Below, piece after piece: positions 36,692-47,100 of a stretch of DNA of 64,000 nt. Made by a program: the position numbers and the translations under genes. Each line of letters begins with the position of its first letter. Position 1 is the stretch's first letter. Source of the DNA: Thiotrichales bacterium (GTDB lineage Bacteria; Pseudomonadota; Gammaproteobacteria; Francisellales; CACEW01); NCBI GenBank assembly GCA_947478525.1, contig CANJVU010000004.1, forward strand, positions 22,458-86,457. The letters run 5' to 3'. The notes beneath the pieces were generated by a model, which saw nothing but the letters and a program-made list of their open reading frames with translations, was not told the origin of the DNA and did no database searches.

Positions 36692-37897
36692 ATGATAAAA
36701 GATTACTCCACACTGCAGAGCCGCATCAAAAAAAATCTGGGCGATGCACCGCTGATTTCACTGGTGGATCAGATCATCCAGGACGCAATGACCCTCGGCG
36801 CCTCTGATCTGCACTGGGAACCATTTGAGCAACAATATCGAGTACGCGTGCGCATCGATGGCATCTTGCACATCTTAGCCCAACTGCCCCTGGAGTTATC
36901 ACCCAACCTGACCTCACGCTTAAAAATCATGGCGCAGCTGGACATTGCTGAGCGACGTTTACCGCAGGATGGTCGCTTTAAATGGCAAGGCCCTGGGGGC
37001 AAGGCGATGGATATTCGCATCAGCACTTGCCCAACTTTATTTGGCGAAAAAATTGTGTTGCGACTACTAGACCCCTGTCAAACCACGCTGAATATTGATG
37101 CATTGGGATATTCACCACTGCAAAAACAACAGTTGTTAGACGCGTTAAATCACAGCCAGGGGTTGATTTTAGTCACAGGCCCCACTGGCAGCGGCAAAAC
37201 CGTATCACTGTACACCGCGTTAAATTTACTCAACACCGAGCAACGCAATATTTCCACTGTGGAAGACCCCATTGAAATCAATCTACCGGGAATCAATCAG
37301 GTGGCAATGAATGCCAAAACCGGTTTAAGTTTTGCCATGACACTACGGGCGTTTTTACGACAAGACCCTGATGTGATTATGGTGGGTGAAATTCGTGATG
37401 CCGACACTGCCGAAATTGCCGTAAAAGCCTCACAAACCGGCCACTTGGTATTGTCGACGCTGCACACCAACAGCGCGTTAGAAACTTTATTGCGCTTAGA
37501 AAATATGGGCATCTCTCGTTACAACTTAAGCCACTCCGTTATTCTGCTGGTGGCACAACGTTTGGCGCGCAAGCTCTGCTCGCATTGCAAGACACACGAA
37601 ATTTTGCCCGATTTATTTTTGCACACACACGGCTTCGATCTCTCTAAACCGCTACAACTCTACAAAGCCGTCGGCTGCCAGCATTGCCACCAGGGCTACA
37701 AAGGCCGCGTTGGCATTCACGAAGTATTGCCGATTTCCGAATCCATGCAACAGCTCATGTTACAACCGATCAATATGCTTGATCTGCTACGCCAGGCGCA
37801 ACAAGAAGGTTTTATCAGCTTACGCGAAGATGGCTTGCGCAAAGTCGCAGACGGTTTGATTAGCTTGGAAGAATTAAATCGAGTCATTACTGGATAA
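36692..37897 (+). CDS. pilB: type IV pilus assembly ATPase (GspE/PilB family, short form)
   Basis: Walker A GPTGSGKT, Asp box and His box, plus a CxxC...CxxC tetracysteine motif. At 401 aa it lacks the long N-terminal region of typical PilB. Confidence 0.85.
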   Translation: MIKDYSTLQSRIKKNLGDAPLISLVDQIIQDAMTLGASDLHWEPFEQQYRVRVRIDGILHILAQLPLELSPNLTSRLKIMAQLDIAERRLPQDGRFKWQGPGGKAMDIRISTCPTLFGEKIVLRLLDPCQTTLNIDALGYSPLQKQQLLDALNHSQGLILVTGPTGSGKTVSLYTALNLLNTEQRNISTVEDPIEINLPGINQVAMNAKTGLSFAMTLRAFLRQDPDVIMVGEIRDADTAEIAVKASQTGHLVLSTLHTNSALETLLRLENMGISRYNLSHSVILLVAQRLARKLCSHCKTHEILPDLFLHTHGFDLSKPLQLYKAVGCQHCHQGYKGRVGIHEVLPISESMQQLMLQPINMLDLLRQAQQEGFISLREDGLRKVADGLISLEELNRVITG

Positions 37898-37903
37898 GCC
37901 TCC

Positions 37904-38953
37904 ATGCCATTGCAACGACGCATCACCACCCAAGACATCACCTACTGCATCCGCCAATGGGCCATGATGATCAACGCCGGCATGCCTCTGCTACAAAGCT
38001 TGGAAATGCTGATCACCAGCGCCACATCGGTCAAGTTACGACAACTGCTCACCCAGCTCAAACGCAGTATTGAGTCGGGTAAGTCATTATCAGTCAGTTT
38101 GCACAAACATCCACAATATTTCCCAACCGCATTGACACAACTGATTCACGCCGGTGAACAATCTGGCACGCTCGACACCATGTTGACACGCATCGCCGAT
38201 GAGCGCGACAAAACCACAGCGCTACGCAAACAAGTCCAACGCGCGTTATGGTATCCCGCCATGGTGGTCTTTATGGCTACCATCGTGACACTGGTATTGC
38301 TGCTGTTTGTGGTACCAAAGTTTCAAGTCATGTTTGACAGCTTTGGCGCCACTTTACCCGCCTTTACCCAAGCCATTGTCGATTTGTCATTGATGTTGCA
38401 AGACCATGGCTTATGGATTGGTTTGATACTGATTTTATTTATCCTGACGGGCATCACAATATATCGACGTTCGAGCACCCTACGCAAACGCTGTGATGGC
38501 CTGATGCTGCGGGCACCGCTCATCGGCAACTTGCTACAACACGCCATCATCGCCCGCTCTGCGGATACGCTGGCCATTACTTTTGCCGCAGGAATGCCTT
38601 TGATTCAGGCTTTAGGACTGGTTGCCAAAACCAATCGCAACCAACTGTATCAGCAAGCCCTAATGCGCATTCAACAACAAGTCTCCAAAGGTGTTCCACT
38701 ACACCAGGCGTTTGCGGATACCCACCTATTCCCGACACTCGCGGTGCAAATGATTCGCATTGGCGAAATGTCCGGAACTCTAGAAATGATGTTACTCAGA
38801 ATCGCCAAACTCTACCAAGAACAAGTCGATCACAGCATTGCGCGATTGACCACACTACTCGAACCACTCTTGATGTCAGCGCTAGGATTAATCGTCGGTG
38901 GACTGGTCATTGCCATGTATTTACCCATTTTCAAAATGGGGTCGGTAATTTAG
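37904..38953 (+). CDS. pilC: type IV pilus platform protein (GspF/PilC family)
   Basis: 349 aa with two GspF-type repeats (AGEQSGTLDTML; IGEMSGTLEMML). Confidence 0.85.
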   Translation: MPLQRRITTQDITYCIRQWAMMINAGMPLLQSLEMLITSATSVKLRQLLTQLKRSIESGKSLSVSLHKHPQYFPTALTQLIHAGEQSGTLDTMLTRIADERDKTTALRKQVQRALWYPAMVVFMATIVTLVLLLFVVPKFQVMFDSFGATLPAFTQAIVDLSLMLQDHGLWIGLILILFILTGITIYRRSSTLRKRCDGLMLRAPLIGNLLQHAIIARSADTLAITFAAGMPLIQALGLVAKTNRNQLYQQALMRIQQQVSKGVPLHQAFADTHLFPTLAVQMIRIGEMSGTLEMMLLRIAKLYQEQVDHSIARLTTLLEPLLMSALGLIVGGLVIAMYLPIFKMGSVI

Positions 38954-39124
38954 CGGTGAAAACCACACTACAGGACAGTAAAAGCCAAATTGAACTGAAA
39001 TTGACGATGGGAAAGCCTTGAGAGGTGAGAGTCTTCGCCTCGCCCCTTGTGGGCTAAGGCATACACACATATCTTTGAATGGATTGTAGTCACACCGTCT
39101 TCCTGGTACTTTTTGCGAAAGTAA

Positions 39125-39438
39125 AAAGGCGCCAGGATCGAAAGTCGCTATGCGCAAAACCCCGATATTTTATTCGAGGAAGTTCGCGCTTTACCCGACA
39201 GAGTAACGCATATCGTGATTGATGAGGTGCAAAAAGTAAGTCAACTAAAACTGAGCCAATTCGCCGGCGTCAGCACCAAATTTATTTCTGAATTGGAGAA
39301 TGGCAAAACCACAGCAGAAATTGGCAAAACCCTCAGAGTACTGGACTTTTTAGGGCTAAAAATGTCAGTTACCCCGCGAGGATTCTCCTGATGAAACAGC
39401 TACAAGTAACGTATGAAACGAAAATTGCGGCACTATAG
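39125..39438 (+). pseudogene. decayed locus: AAA-ATPase (DUF4143-like) fragment fused in frame to a HipB/y4mF-type HTH C-terminus, then a 15-codon hipA-like stub
   Basis: The open frame has no usable start: ...NPDILFEEVRALPDRVTHIVIDEVQKV | SQLKLSQFAGVSTKFISELENGKTTAEIGKTLRVLDFLGLKMSV. An overlapping ATG at 39391 gives MKQLQVTYETKIAAL followed by a stop. Confidence 0.4.
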
Positions 39439-39578
39439 CATGGCACGTATTTACAGCGTTCGTCTCATTACAATCATGGCTATTTTTATGCTTTTCCCTG
39501 CAGCAACATTTGCCGACGCTTCATAGCACCCCATTGTCAGCATTGCCTGACGGCAATGGCGGATTTCTCTCCTTCACC

Positions 39579-41573
39579 TTAACCCCCAAACATCGCTTTC
39601 AGCGCCGCCATTTTGTCCCGATTCAGCTGCTTCTGTTCAGTTTCATTCATCGCATCGCGGCCTTCGATTTTCAAGATCGATTCAGGCAATTCCGCCAAAA
39701 ACCGGCTGGGTTGGCAGGGTGAAGTATCGCCAAAGCGATTGCGCTGTTTGGCTAGCGAGATGGTCAGCGTTTTCTCCGCGCGCGTAATACCCACATAAGC
39801 CAACCGACGCTCTTCTTCGATGGTGTCACTTTCAATGCTGTTTTGATGCGGTAGGATTTTTTCTTCAAAGCCCACCAGAAAAACATGGGGGAATTCCAGA
39901 CCTTTGGAGGCATGCAGCGTCATCAACTGCACTTTATTACCCGTCGTGTCATCTTCCTGGCGATCGAGCAACAGCAAGGTTTGAATTAACGTCGCAAATG
40001 AACGCTCAGGAGACTCTTGCATCAATTGGCGAATCCATTGAATCAATTCTTCGACGTATTGTTGTTTGTTATCCGCGGTTTTTTGCTGACTCGATTGTGA
40101 TTCAAGCCAGGCGTAATAATCAATATCCTCGACCAGTTTTTTTAATACGGAATCCGCGGGTTTTTGTGTTAACTGTACTTGCAAGCTGTGTAACCACTGC
40201 GAAAATTGGCGCAATTTGGTGACCGCAGCAGCAGGCACATGATGCTCCAACCCGATTTCATTAATCGCTTTAAATAAGCTGACGTGGCGCTGTTTAGCGT
40301 ACTCACCCAACTTCTGCAACGTCGTCGGGCCAATCTCACGCCGTGGCGTATTGATGATGCGGATAAATGCAGCATCATCGGTGCTGTTGGCGAGCAGCCG
40401 ACAATACGCGATAATATCTTTAATTTCCTGACGCGCAAAAAATGAAGTGCCACCACTCAGATGGTACGGGATCTTATGCTGACGCAATGCTTTTTCCAGC
40501 AACATCGCTTGATGATTACCGCGGTACAAAATGGCATAGTCATGATATGGCCTACGTTGGTTAAATTGATGTTGCATAATTTCGGCAATCACTCGTCCAG
40601 CTTCAGCTTCCGCATCTGGGGTAAACAGTACTTTGATCGGCTCCCCATAGCCTTGCGTGGCTTGCAATTGTTTCTCAAATAGATGCGGATTATTGCGAAT
40701 CAATTGATTGGCCGCTTGCAAGATAATCCCGGTGGAACGATAGTTTTGCTCCAGCTTGATCACCTGCAATTTGGGGAAGTCGCGCTGCAGCAACGCCAGG
40801 TTTTCCGGTTGCGCACCGCGCCAGGCATAGATTGACTGGTCATCATCGCCAACCACGGTAAATTGTTGGCGAAATTGCACCAGATATTTCACCAACTGAT
40901 ATTGGCAGGCGTTGGTGTCTTGATATTCATCGACCAGCAAATAGCGCACCTTGCCCTGCCACAGCGTCAATACCTCGGGATGGCTTTGAAACAATTGCAC
41001 CGGCAGCGTAATCAAATCATCAAAATCTACCGCCTGATAGGATTGCATCTGCTGCAAATAACGCTGATACAATCGAGCAATTAAGGCCTCACGCGGATTT
41101 TTGGCATGATCTAAGGCCTGCTCTGGCTTGATTTGCTGATTTTTATAACGCGAAATTGCCTGCTGAATTTGCATGATTTCGCCTTTATCGAGCTTTACAT
41201 CACCTGCCAACGCTTGAATCAACGCCGCGGTATCCTGATCATCAAACAAGGTAAACTGGGCGTTCAGCCCCAGTTCTTTGTGTGAATAACGGATAATCGA
41301 CAAACCCAGCGTGTGGAACGTCGAGATATTCACTGCTTTGGCGGTGTCTTTTAAGCGTTTACCCACCCGCTCGCGCATCTCGCGCGCAGCTTTGTTGGTA
41401 AACGTCACGGCATAAATTTGATTGGGCGCGATATGACGGTTAGTAACCAGATGATAAATCTTCTCGGTAATTACGCGCGTTTTACCACTGCCCGCACCGG
41501 CCAAGACCAAACACGGCCCATCAGTATAATTAACTGCTTGCCGCTGTGCGGAATTTAGCGTGTCACTAATCAT
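39579..41573 (-). CDS. rep: ATP-dependent DNA helicase Rep
   Basis: 664 aa, colinear with E. coli Rep: LNSAQRQAVNYTDGPCLVLAGAGSGKTRVIT, LLVDEYQDTN, VGDDDQSIYAWRGA, LEQNYRS and VQLMTLHASKGLEFP. Confidence 0.92.
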   Translation of the reverse strand: MISDTLNSAQRQAVNYTDGPCLVLAGAGSGKTRVITEKIYHLVTNRHIAPNQIYAVTFTNKAAREMRERVGKRLKDTAKAVNISTFHTLGLSIIRYSHKELGLNAQFTLFDDQDTAALIQALAGDVKLDKGEIMQIQQAISRYKNQQIKPEQALDHAKNPREALIARLYQRYLQQMQSYQAVDFDDLITLPVQLFQSHPEVLTLWQGKVRYLLVDEYQDTNACQYQLVKYLVQFRQQFTVVGDDDQSIYAWRGAQPENLALLQRDFPKLQVIKLEQNYRSTGIILQAANQLIRNNPHLFEKQLQATQGYGEPIKVLFTPDAEAEAGRVIAEIMQHQFNQRRPYHDYAILYRGNHQAMLLEKALRQHKIPYHLSGGTSFFARQEIKDIIAYCRLLANSTDDAAFIRIINTPRREIGPTTLQKLGEYAKQRHVSLFKAINEIGLEHHVPAAAVTKLRQFSQWLHSLQVQLTQKPADSVLKKLVEDIDYYAWLESQSSQQKTADNKQQYVEELIQWIRQLMQESPERSFATLIQTLLLLDRQEDDTTGNKVQLMTLHASKGLEFPHVFLVGFEEKILPHQNSIESDTIEEERRLAYVGITRAEKTLTISLAKQRNRFGDTSPCQPSRFLAELPESILKIEGRDAMNETEQKQLNRDKMAALKAMFGG

Positions 41574-42375
41574 ATGTTGAATCTAACGGAACAGGGGATA
41601 CATATAACGACGAATTCTCTAGATCAACTGAGGGCATTTTAGAATGGGTCAAAACAGCAGTCACAGCTTTTAATGATGGACAGCTTGTCGAACGTGCCCG
41701 AAACCCCAGAAACTTAGCAACCACGTGAAAATTTCCCGCTATGGCATACTCTTCTGCAGTTTTATTTTCAATGTCTTGAGCGCCTACTGGCATCCGATAC
41801 TCTTTAACCAAAAGTCTAACGACCTCTTCTCTGTTATTCATTGCAGCCAGATGCAAAGGTGTTTGCCTTTGAGCATTCAGTGCAATGGCCGGATCAATCC
41901 GCTGATACTTCATAAAAAATCTTACCAGCTCTGAATGGCCATACTGTGCGGCATAATGCAGAGGTAGGGCCTTTGAAAGATCAAGCACTTCAACAGAAAA
42001 ACCTCTTTTCATTAATGCCGTGACCACTTCAACATTACCCATCACGGCTGCTTGATGCACCGCATAATGCCAGAGCGAATTAGGACTCTCCTTATGAAGC
42101 AGAATATCCCCTATATAATCATCAAACCACGGAAATCTAACAGCGTAAGGTAATACAGTGACACCACTGGCATCCGTCAACCGGGAAAGATCACCTCTGC
42201 ACAATAATGCCTCAAATGCAGCTTTAGTCCCTATTTCCAGAATATCAGTCCAGGACAAAATGCTGGTGGGATTCTCGGCTGCAATCGCCTCAGATACGGT
42301 TGAGACGCTTGCTAACTTCGCTGCTGCACTTAACTTAGCTAATGTGTCAAACCCAGCTCCTGACATACGCATCAC
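41566..42375 (-). CDS. ankyrin-repeat protein
   Basis: At least three ANK repeats: ALPLHYAAQYGHSELVRFFM, QTPLHLAAMNNREEVVRLLV and HQAAVMGNVEVVTALMKRG. Confidence 0.8.
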   Translation of the reverse strand: MMRMSGAGFDTLAKLSAAAKLASVSTVSEAIAAENPTSILSWTDILEIGTKAAFEALLCRGDLSRLTDASGVTVLPYAVRFPWFDDYIGDILLHKESPNSLWHYAVHQAAVMGNVEVVTALMKRGFSVEVLDLSKALPLHYAAQYGHSELVRFFMKYQRIDPAIALNAQRQTPLHLAAMNNREEVVRLLVKEYRMPVGAQDIENKTAEEYAIAGNFHVVAKFLGFRARSTSCPSLKAVTAVLTHSKMPSVDLENSSLYVSPVPLDSTYD

Positions 42376-42475
42376 CTCAACAGTTTGTCAACCTCTCTGG
42401 ACAAAAAGTACAACAATTACACGTCGAGCACAAGTGCGTCACTGAGGTTTTAAGCAATGACAATTCATCGTTACT

Positions 42476-43387
42476 TCACTTCCCTCTTTGGTTAACTTGC
42501 CAAAAAAACGTCAACTCATGTTTGTTATGCCACAGATGCAGCACCTCCGCATTGGGCAGCTTTTGAAATTCTGCAATGGCGATGAAATCGGTCTCCCCTT
42601 GCAGCTTAATGGTGCTGATGATGCGCCTGACCTTACCTGAATCAATCCAGCGTTGAACTTGCTGCAAGAGTTTATCAGGATAACAAGCGATATCGCATAC
42701 CAGCCAATCGATATCAGGCAGCGCATTAAAATCCAAGGCAAAGGCGCTTTGCTGTAATTCGTTGATGCGCGGCAGTTTAGCGATGTTGGGTGCCAGTGGC
42801 GCTTTGTCGACGGCGATGACATCGGCGCCCAATTGTTGCAATACCCAAGTCCAACCGCCAGGGGATGCGCCCAAATCCATACATACTTCGCTAGTTTTTG
42901 GGTATTCGTCAGAAACACTCAACGCTTCCCACAGTTTTAAATAAGCGCGATTGGGCGGGCTGACTTTATCTTCTTGAAATTGATAAACGCCTGTAGGCAT
43001 GGCTTTCCAGGGTTTAGCGCAGTAGATCATCGTGTTTTGATCAAGCAAGGTAAATACGCCGATTTTAGGCAATGCCGGTGGTGGAAACGGCACTGCTTTT
43101 AACGCCGGCAATTTACGCATTTGCTCTTGAATCAAGGTACCGCGACGCACGTGACTAATGGGATAATGAAACCACACATGACCATGCTGACGCAGCAATT
43201 TCGCAGCGTGGTTTATCGATTCAAACGTCACCGTTTGCAAATCTGGCCAGATATCGATGGCAAACGCAGGATGGATCTGCACATCGGCAATTAACAGATT
43301 GCCATGCTCGGCAACGATATGGCCTTGCAACTCATGGCGCAATTCTTTGAGAAATTCGGCTTTGCCGAGGTAGGCACTGTACTGCAT
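42476..43387 (-). CDS. rlmM: RlmM-like 23S rRNA 2'-O-ribose methyltransferase (FtsJ fold)
   Basis: SAM-binding motif DLGASPGGWTWVLQQLGADVIAVD and downstream WLVCDIACYP resemble RlmM (YgdE). At 303 aa it is shorter than the E. coli protein. Confidence 0.7.
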   Translation of the reverse strand: MQYSAYLGKAEFLKELRHELQGHIVAEHGNLLIADVQIHPAFAIDIWPDLQTVTFESINHAAKLLRQHGHVWFHYPISHVRRGTLIQEQMRKLPALKAVPFPPPALPKIGVFTLLDQNTMIYCAKPWKAMPTGVYQFQEDKVSPPNRAYLKLWEALSVSDEYPKTSEVCMDLGASPGGWTWVLQQLGADVIAVDKAPLAPNIAKLPRINELQQSAFALDFNALPDIDWLVCDIACYPDKLLQQVQRWIDSGKVRRIISTIKLQGETDFIAIAEFQKLPNAEVLHLWHNKHELTFFWQVNQRGK

Positions 43388-43399
43388 GTTAGTTTTTCC

Positions 43400-43693
43400 T
43401 CACGGATGCGGCGTGATTGCCACAATGGTAATGTGTTTTTGCTGCGGACCATAATGCCAAAAGATTCGATAAGCCCCCGGCGTCTTATTTTCAGCATAAG
43501 CTTCAAAAATTTCCTCACCATCCGCCCCTGCAAGAGACGAGTATTTATGAGTGTGCAAACCTGGATGGCGAGGATTGGTTTCCAGATAACCTAATGCTTT
43601 TCTCACTGCGTTCAGGCGTTTTTTCAATGCGGGCTCAGCAGTTAATGAATCAAAGTCCTGCGCAGCCATTTCAGTAAACAATAATTTGAACAT
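43400..43693 (-). CDS. RelE/ParE-superfamily toxin
   Basis: 97 aa. The C-terminal AYRIFWHYGPQQKHITIVAITPHP pattern is toxin-like, and the gene is tightly coupled to the upstream antitoxin-like gene. Confidence 0.6.
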   Translation of the reverse strand: MFKLLFTEMAAQDFDSLTAEPALKKRLNAVRKALGYLETNPRHPGLHTHKYSSLAGADGEEIFEAYAENKTPGAYRIFWHYGPQQKHITIVAITPHP

Positions 43694-43695
43694 CT

Positions 43696-43959
43696 CTACT
43701 CATCCGCATAACGCGCAAATGAACCTTTATACGTTACCTTACCTTCAGCAGACTGTTGCAGTCCAATTTTAACTTTTTTCAACGCTTTTTCATTCATATG
43801 CAACCACTGCTCGCGCGCAGGCACTTCCATCAATGGTTGTAGCGTAATACGATGATTAATTGCATCCACAGTTATTTCAAAACCGCTTACGCCTTTTGCC
43901 AATGCACCCAAGGTCAATCGACCTTTGGCATCCGGGCGTAATACTTTGACTTCAATCAT
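43696..43959 (-). CDS. AbrB/SpoVT-fold antitoxin
   Basis: 87 aa with N-terminal VKVLRPDAKGRLTLGALAKG (swapped-hairpin AbrB-like). 2-nt gap to the toxin gene. Confidence 0.6.
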   Translation of the reverse strand: MIEVKVLRPDAKGRLTLGALAKGVSGFEITVDAINHRITLQPLMEVPAREQWLHMNEKALKKVKIGLQQSAEGKVTYKGSFARYADE

Positions 43960-44104
43960 AGCCTAGCCTCTTTTCATTATCATTGATGCATCATAACATA
44001 TTAGTGGGAATAATACAAATTCCCACTTTTATACCTATAGAAAGCATAGCCAACAAAAGAGAGAGCTGATATACTGACCGTTACGCTTCCCAAACGCTTT
44101 GTGT

Positions 44105-47100
44105 ATGACAAATTTAATGGTGCTGATCAAACAACATATTCACGATTTCTTTGATGCGGTGACGTATCAACGCGGGCAGATTTATGCCAGCGAAGGTCGC
44201 GCGCTGATTGAAACGGTGGAGAATCAACCTGAAGCCAATAAAACGACGCTCAAATCTAAAGTGCAAGGCAGCCGTTGGTACCGTCAAAGCATTGCCATCA
44301 AAGCCACACCGAAATTATTTATTGGCGGAACCTGCAGCTGCCCGGTCGGCTATAATTGCAAACACGTGGTAGCGGTGTTGTTAACGTATCTCGATACGCC
44401 AGAACCCAAAGAAACGGTGGCGCCCATTGTCGCTCCAAGCCCTAATGCCTTTAGCCAATTTTTACTTTCCACCAAAAGCAACGTTGTCAAAAAACCCTTT
44501 ACTGCTACTACGGGAACCTCTGAAAAAACTCATATTGTCTATGTCATGAAACCCGGAAAACGCGGCAGTTTCGATGTGCAGGCATTGCGCACCCGTCTTT
44601 TAAAGACTGGTGAAATAGCGCCCCCTTTGCCGATTGGCATGGGCGCCTTGGGCGCGAAACATTATTTACAAATGCACCCTTATGCAACATTGGAAGATCA
44701 TGATCTGGCGAATAAAGTTAAAACCTTACCCAATGCCGATCAATCCAGCCATTTTTATTTGTACAACACGCAAGGCATCGAGATTTTAAATCTGCTTCTG
44801 CTCACCGATCGACTGTACTGGAAAGAATTAACGCCAGAATCGCTGTTAAAGTCGGGACATGACAAAAAGGCCGAATTCCTCTGGCGCAAACGTGAAGATG
44901 GGCTCACCTACTTTGAAATCTTGATTGATGGTCGCAGCCGTGATTTATATTTCGCCTCGACAGAACCGATGATTTACGTCGACACGCAGACCATGACTGC
45001 AGGCGAAGTACATCATACGCTACAGCCAGAAGTGCTCGACAGATTGCGCCAGCACCCTGGCATTGCATCAGAACAGCTGACTGAAGTCAGCGAAGCTTTG
45101 TATCTCGAATTTCCGCACCAACCCCACCTACCACTGCCCAGTGCTTTAACGCTGGAGATGATTCAAGTAGCGCCGAAACCACGCCTAACCTTATCCGCCG
45201 AAATGCATAATGGTTTGCTACGTTATCAAGCCACGCTTACCTTTGATTATCAAGGCAATATCGTCGCACCCGACTTCTTGGGTCACTCGGTTTTTGCCAA
45301 GATAAATGGCATCTCCTACGAAATCAAACGCGACGCTGCTGCTGAAATTGATTATCGCCAGGCATTGATTCCCCATGGCTTTGCGCATGCGGTGCGCGGC
45401 AGCAAAGGCTTAAGCCTAGTAATGGATGAACACGCGCCCCTGCCAGTGATCATCAAAAAATGGCAATTATTTTTAGCCGATGGCATTGAAACGCTGACAA
45501 AAACCGGTTGGAAGGTTGAGTTTGACCCCACGTTTAAATTACGTTTCCATAATGCGGAAGCCTTTAGCGGCCAAGTTACCCAAACGCATAACGATTGGTT
45601 TAATGTGGCGCTGGGTATTGAATTCAACGGCACGCAATTGCCGCTACTGCCTTTGATTCATCAATGGCTAATCAGCGGTGGCGATTTAAATCAACAAACG
45701 CCACTGTTACTGAACGTGAACGGTGAAAACTGGTTAGAAATTCCCTATGACGTGGTCAAACCCATTGCCAATACGCTGATTGAATTATTCCAAACCAGAC
45801 CGATCGGCAAATCCGGTGAAGTACAGATTGCCAAACACAACATCGCACGATTATTGGAACTGGAAGAAACCCTCGGCAAGCAACAAAAACCATTATGGCA
45901 AGGCGCAACACAATGGCGCGATTTAGCCAAAAAATTACGTTCATTTGAAGGCATCACCGCCGTAGAAACGCCTTCTGGCTTACAAGCGCAACTGCGTGAT
46001 TATCAAAAGTTTGGCATGTCATGGCTGTGTTTTATTCGTGAATACGGCTTTGGCGGGGTTCTTGCGGATGATATGGGTTTGGGTAAAACCGTGCAAACCC
46101 TGGCGTATTTACAACATTTGAAACAAACCAACCAATTAAAATCCCCGGCATTAATCGTCGCACCAACTAGCCTAATGGGCAACTGGCGCTGGGAAATTGA
46201 ACGTTTCACCCCCAGCATGACCGTACTGGTATGGCATGGCAACGACCGCCATCAAGGCAAAGAATTATTGGCCACCCATGACATCATTGTGGCCAGCTAT
46301 GGCGTGGTGTTGCGTGATATTGAGCTGTTAAAACAACAACCGTTTGACTCGGTGTTTCTCGACGAAGCACAAATGGTGAAAAACCCGAAAAATAAAGTGT
46401 CCAAAGCGATTCGCGACCTGCAGGTGCAACATCGGTTTTGTTTAACCGGTACGCCGATGGAAAACCATTTAGGAGAGCTCTGGTCGCTATTTGATTTCTT
46501 GATGCCCAGCTTCTTAGGTGATGATCGCCAATTCAAGAAATTATACCGCACCCCGATTGAAAAACATGGCGACCATGCGCGTCATCTGGAATTAAACAAA
46601 CGTATCTTGCCCTTTATGCTACGCCGCACCAAGCAAGTGGTGGCAAAAGAATTACCACCCAAAACAGAAATGGTGCGAGTAGTCACGCTGACCGGCGAGC
46701 AACGCAAAGTTTATGAAGCCATTCGCTTGTCGATGGAATCGAAAGTGCGCGATTTGCTGCAAACCAAAGGCGTAGCACGTAGCCATATTGAGATCCTTGA
46801 TGCGTTGCTAAAATTACGCCAAGTCTGTTGCGACCCACGTTTGGTTAAACTGGCTTCAGCACAAAAAGTCCATGAGTCTGCCAAGTTAGATTTGTTGATG
46901 CAAATGATTCCTGAGATGATCGAAGAAGGCCGCAGCATCATTTTATTCTCGCAATTTACCAGCATGTTGGAATTGATTGAACTGGAACTGCATAAACAAA
47001 AGATTCCGTACGAAAAACTCACTGGTCAAACGCGCAATCGTGACGAGAAAATCCAATCGTTTCAACAGGGCAAAGTGAAATTATTCTTGATCAGCCTGAA

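Noticed and set aside
38921-39157. 78-aa minus-strand ORF after pilC
   Set aside because: It overlaps the pilC 3' end and the decayed region, with no start signals. It is likely spurious.
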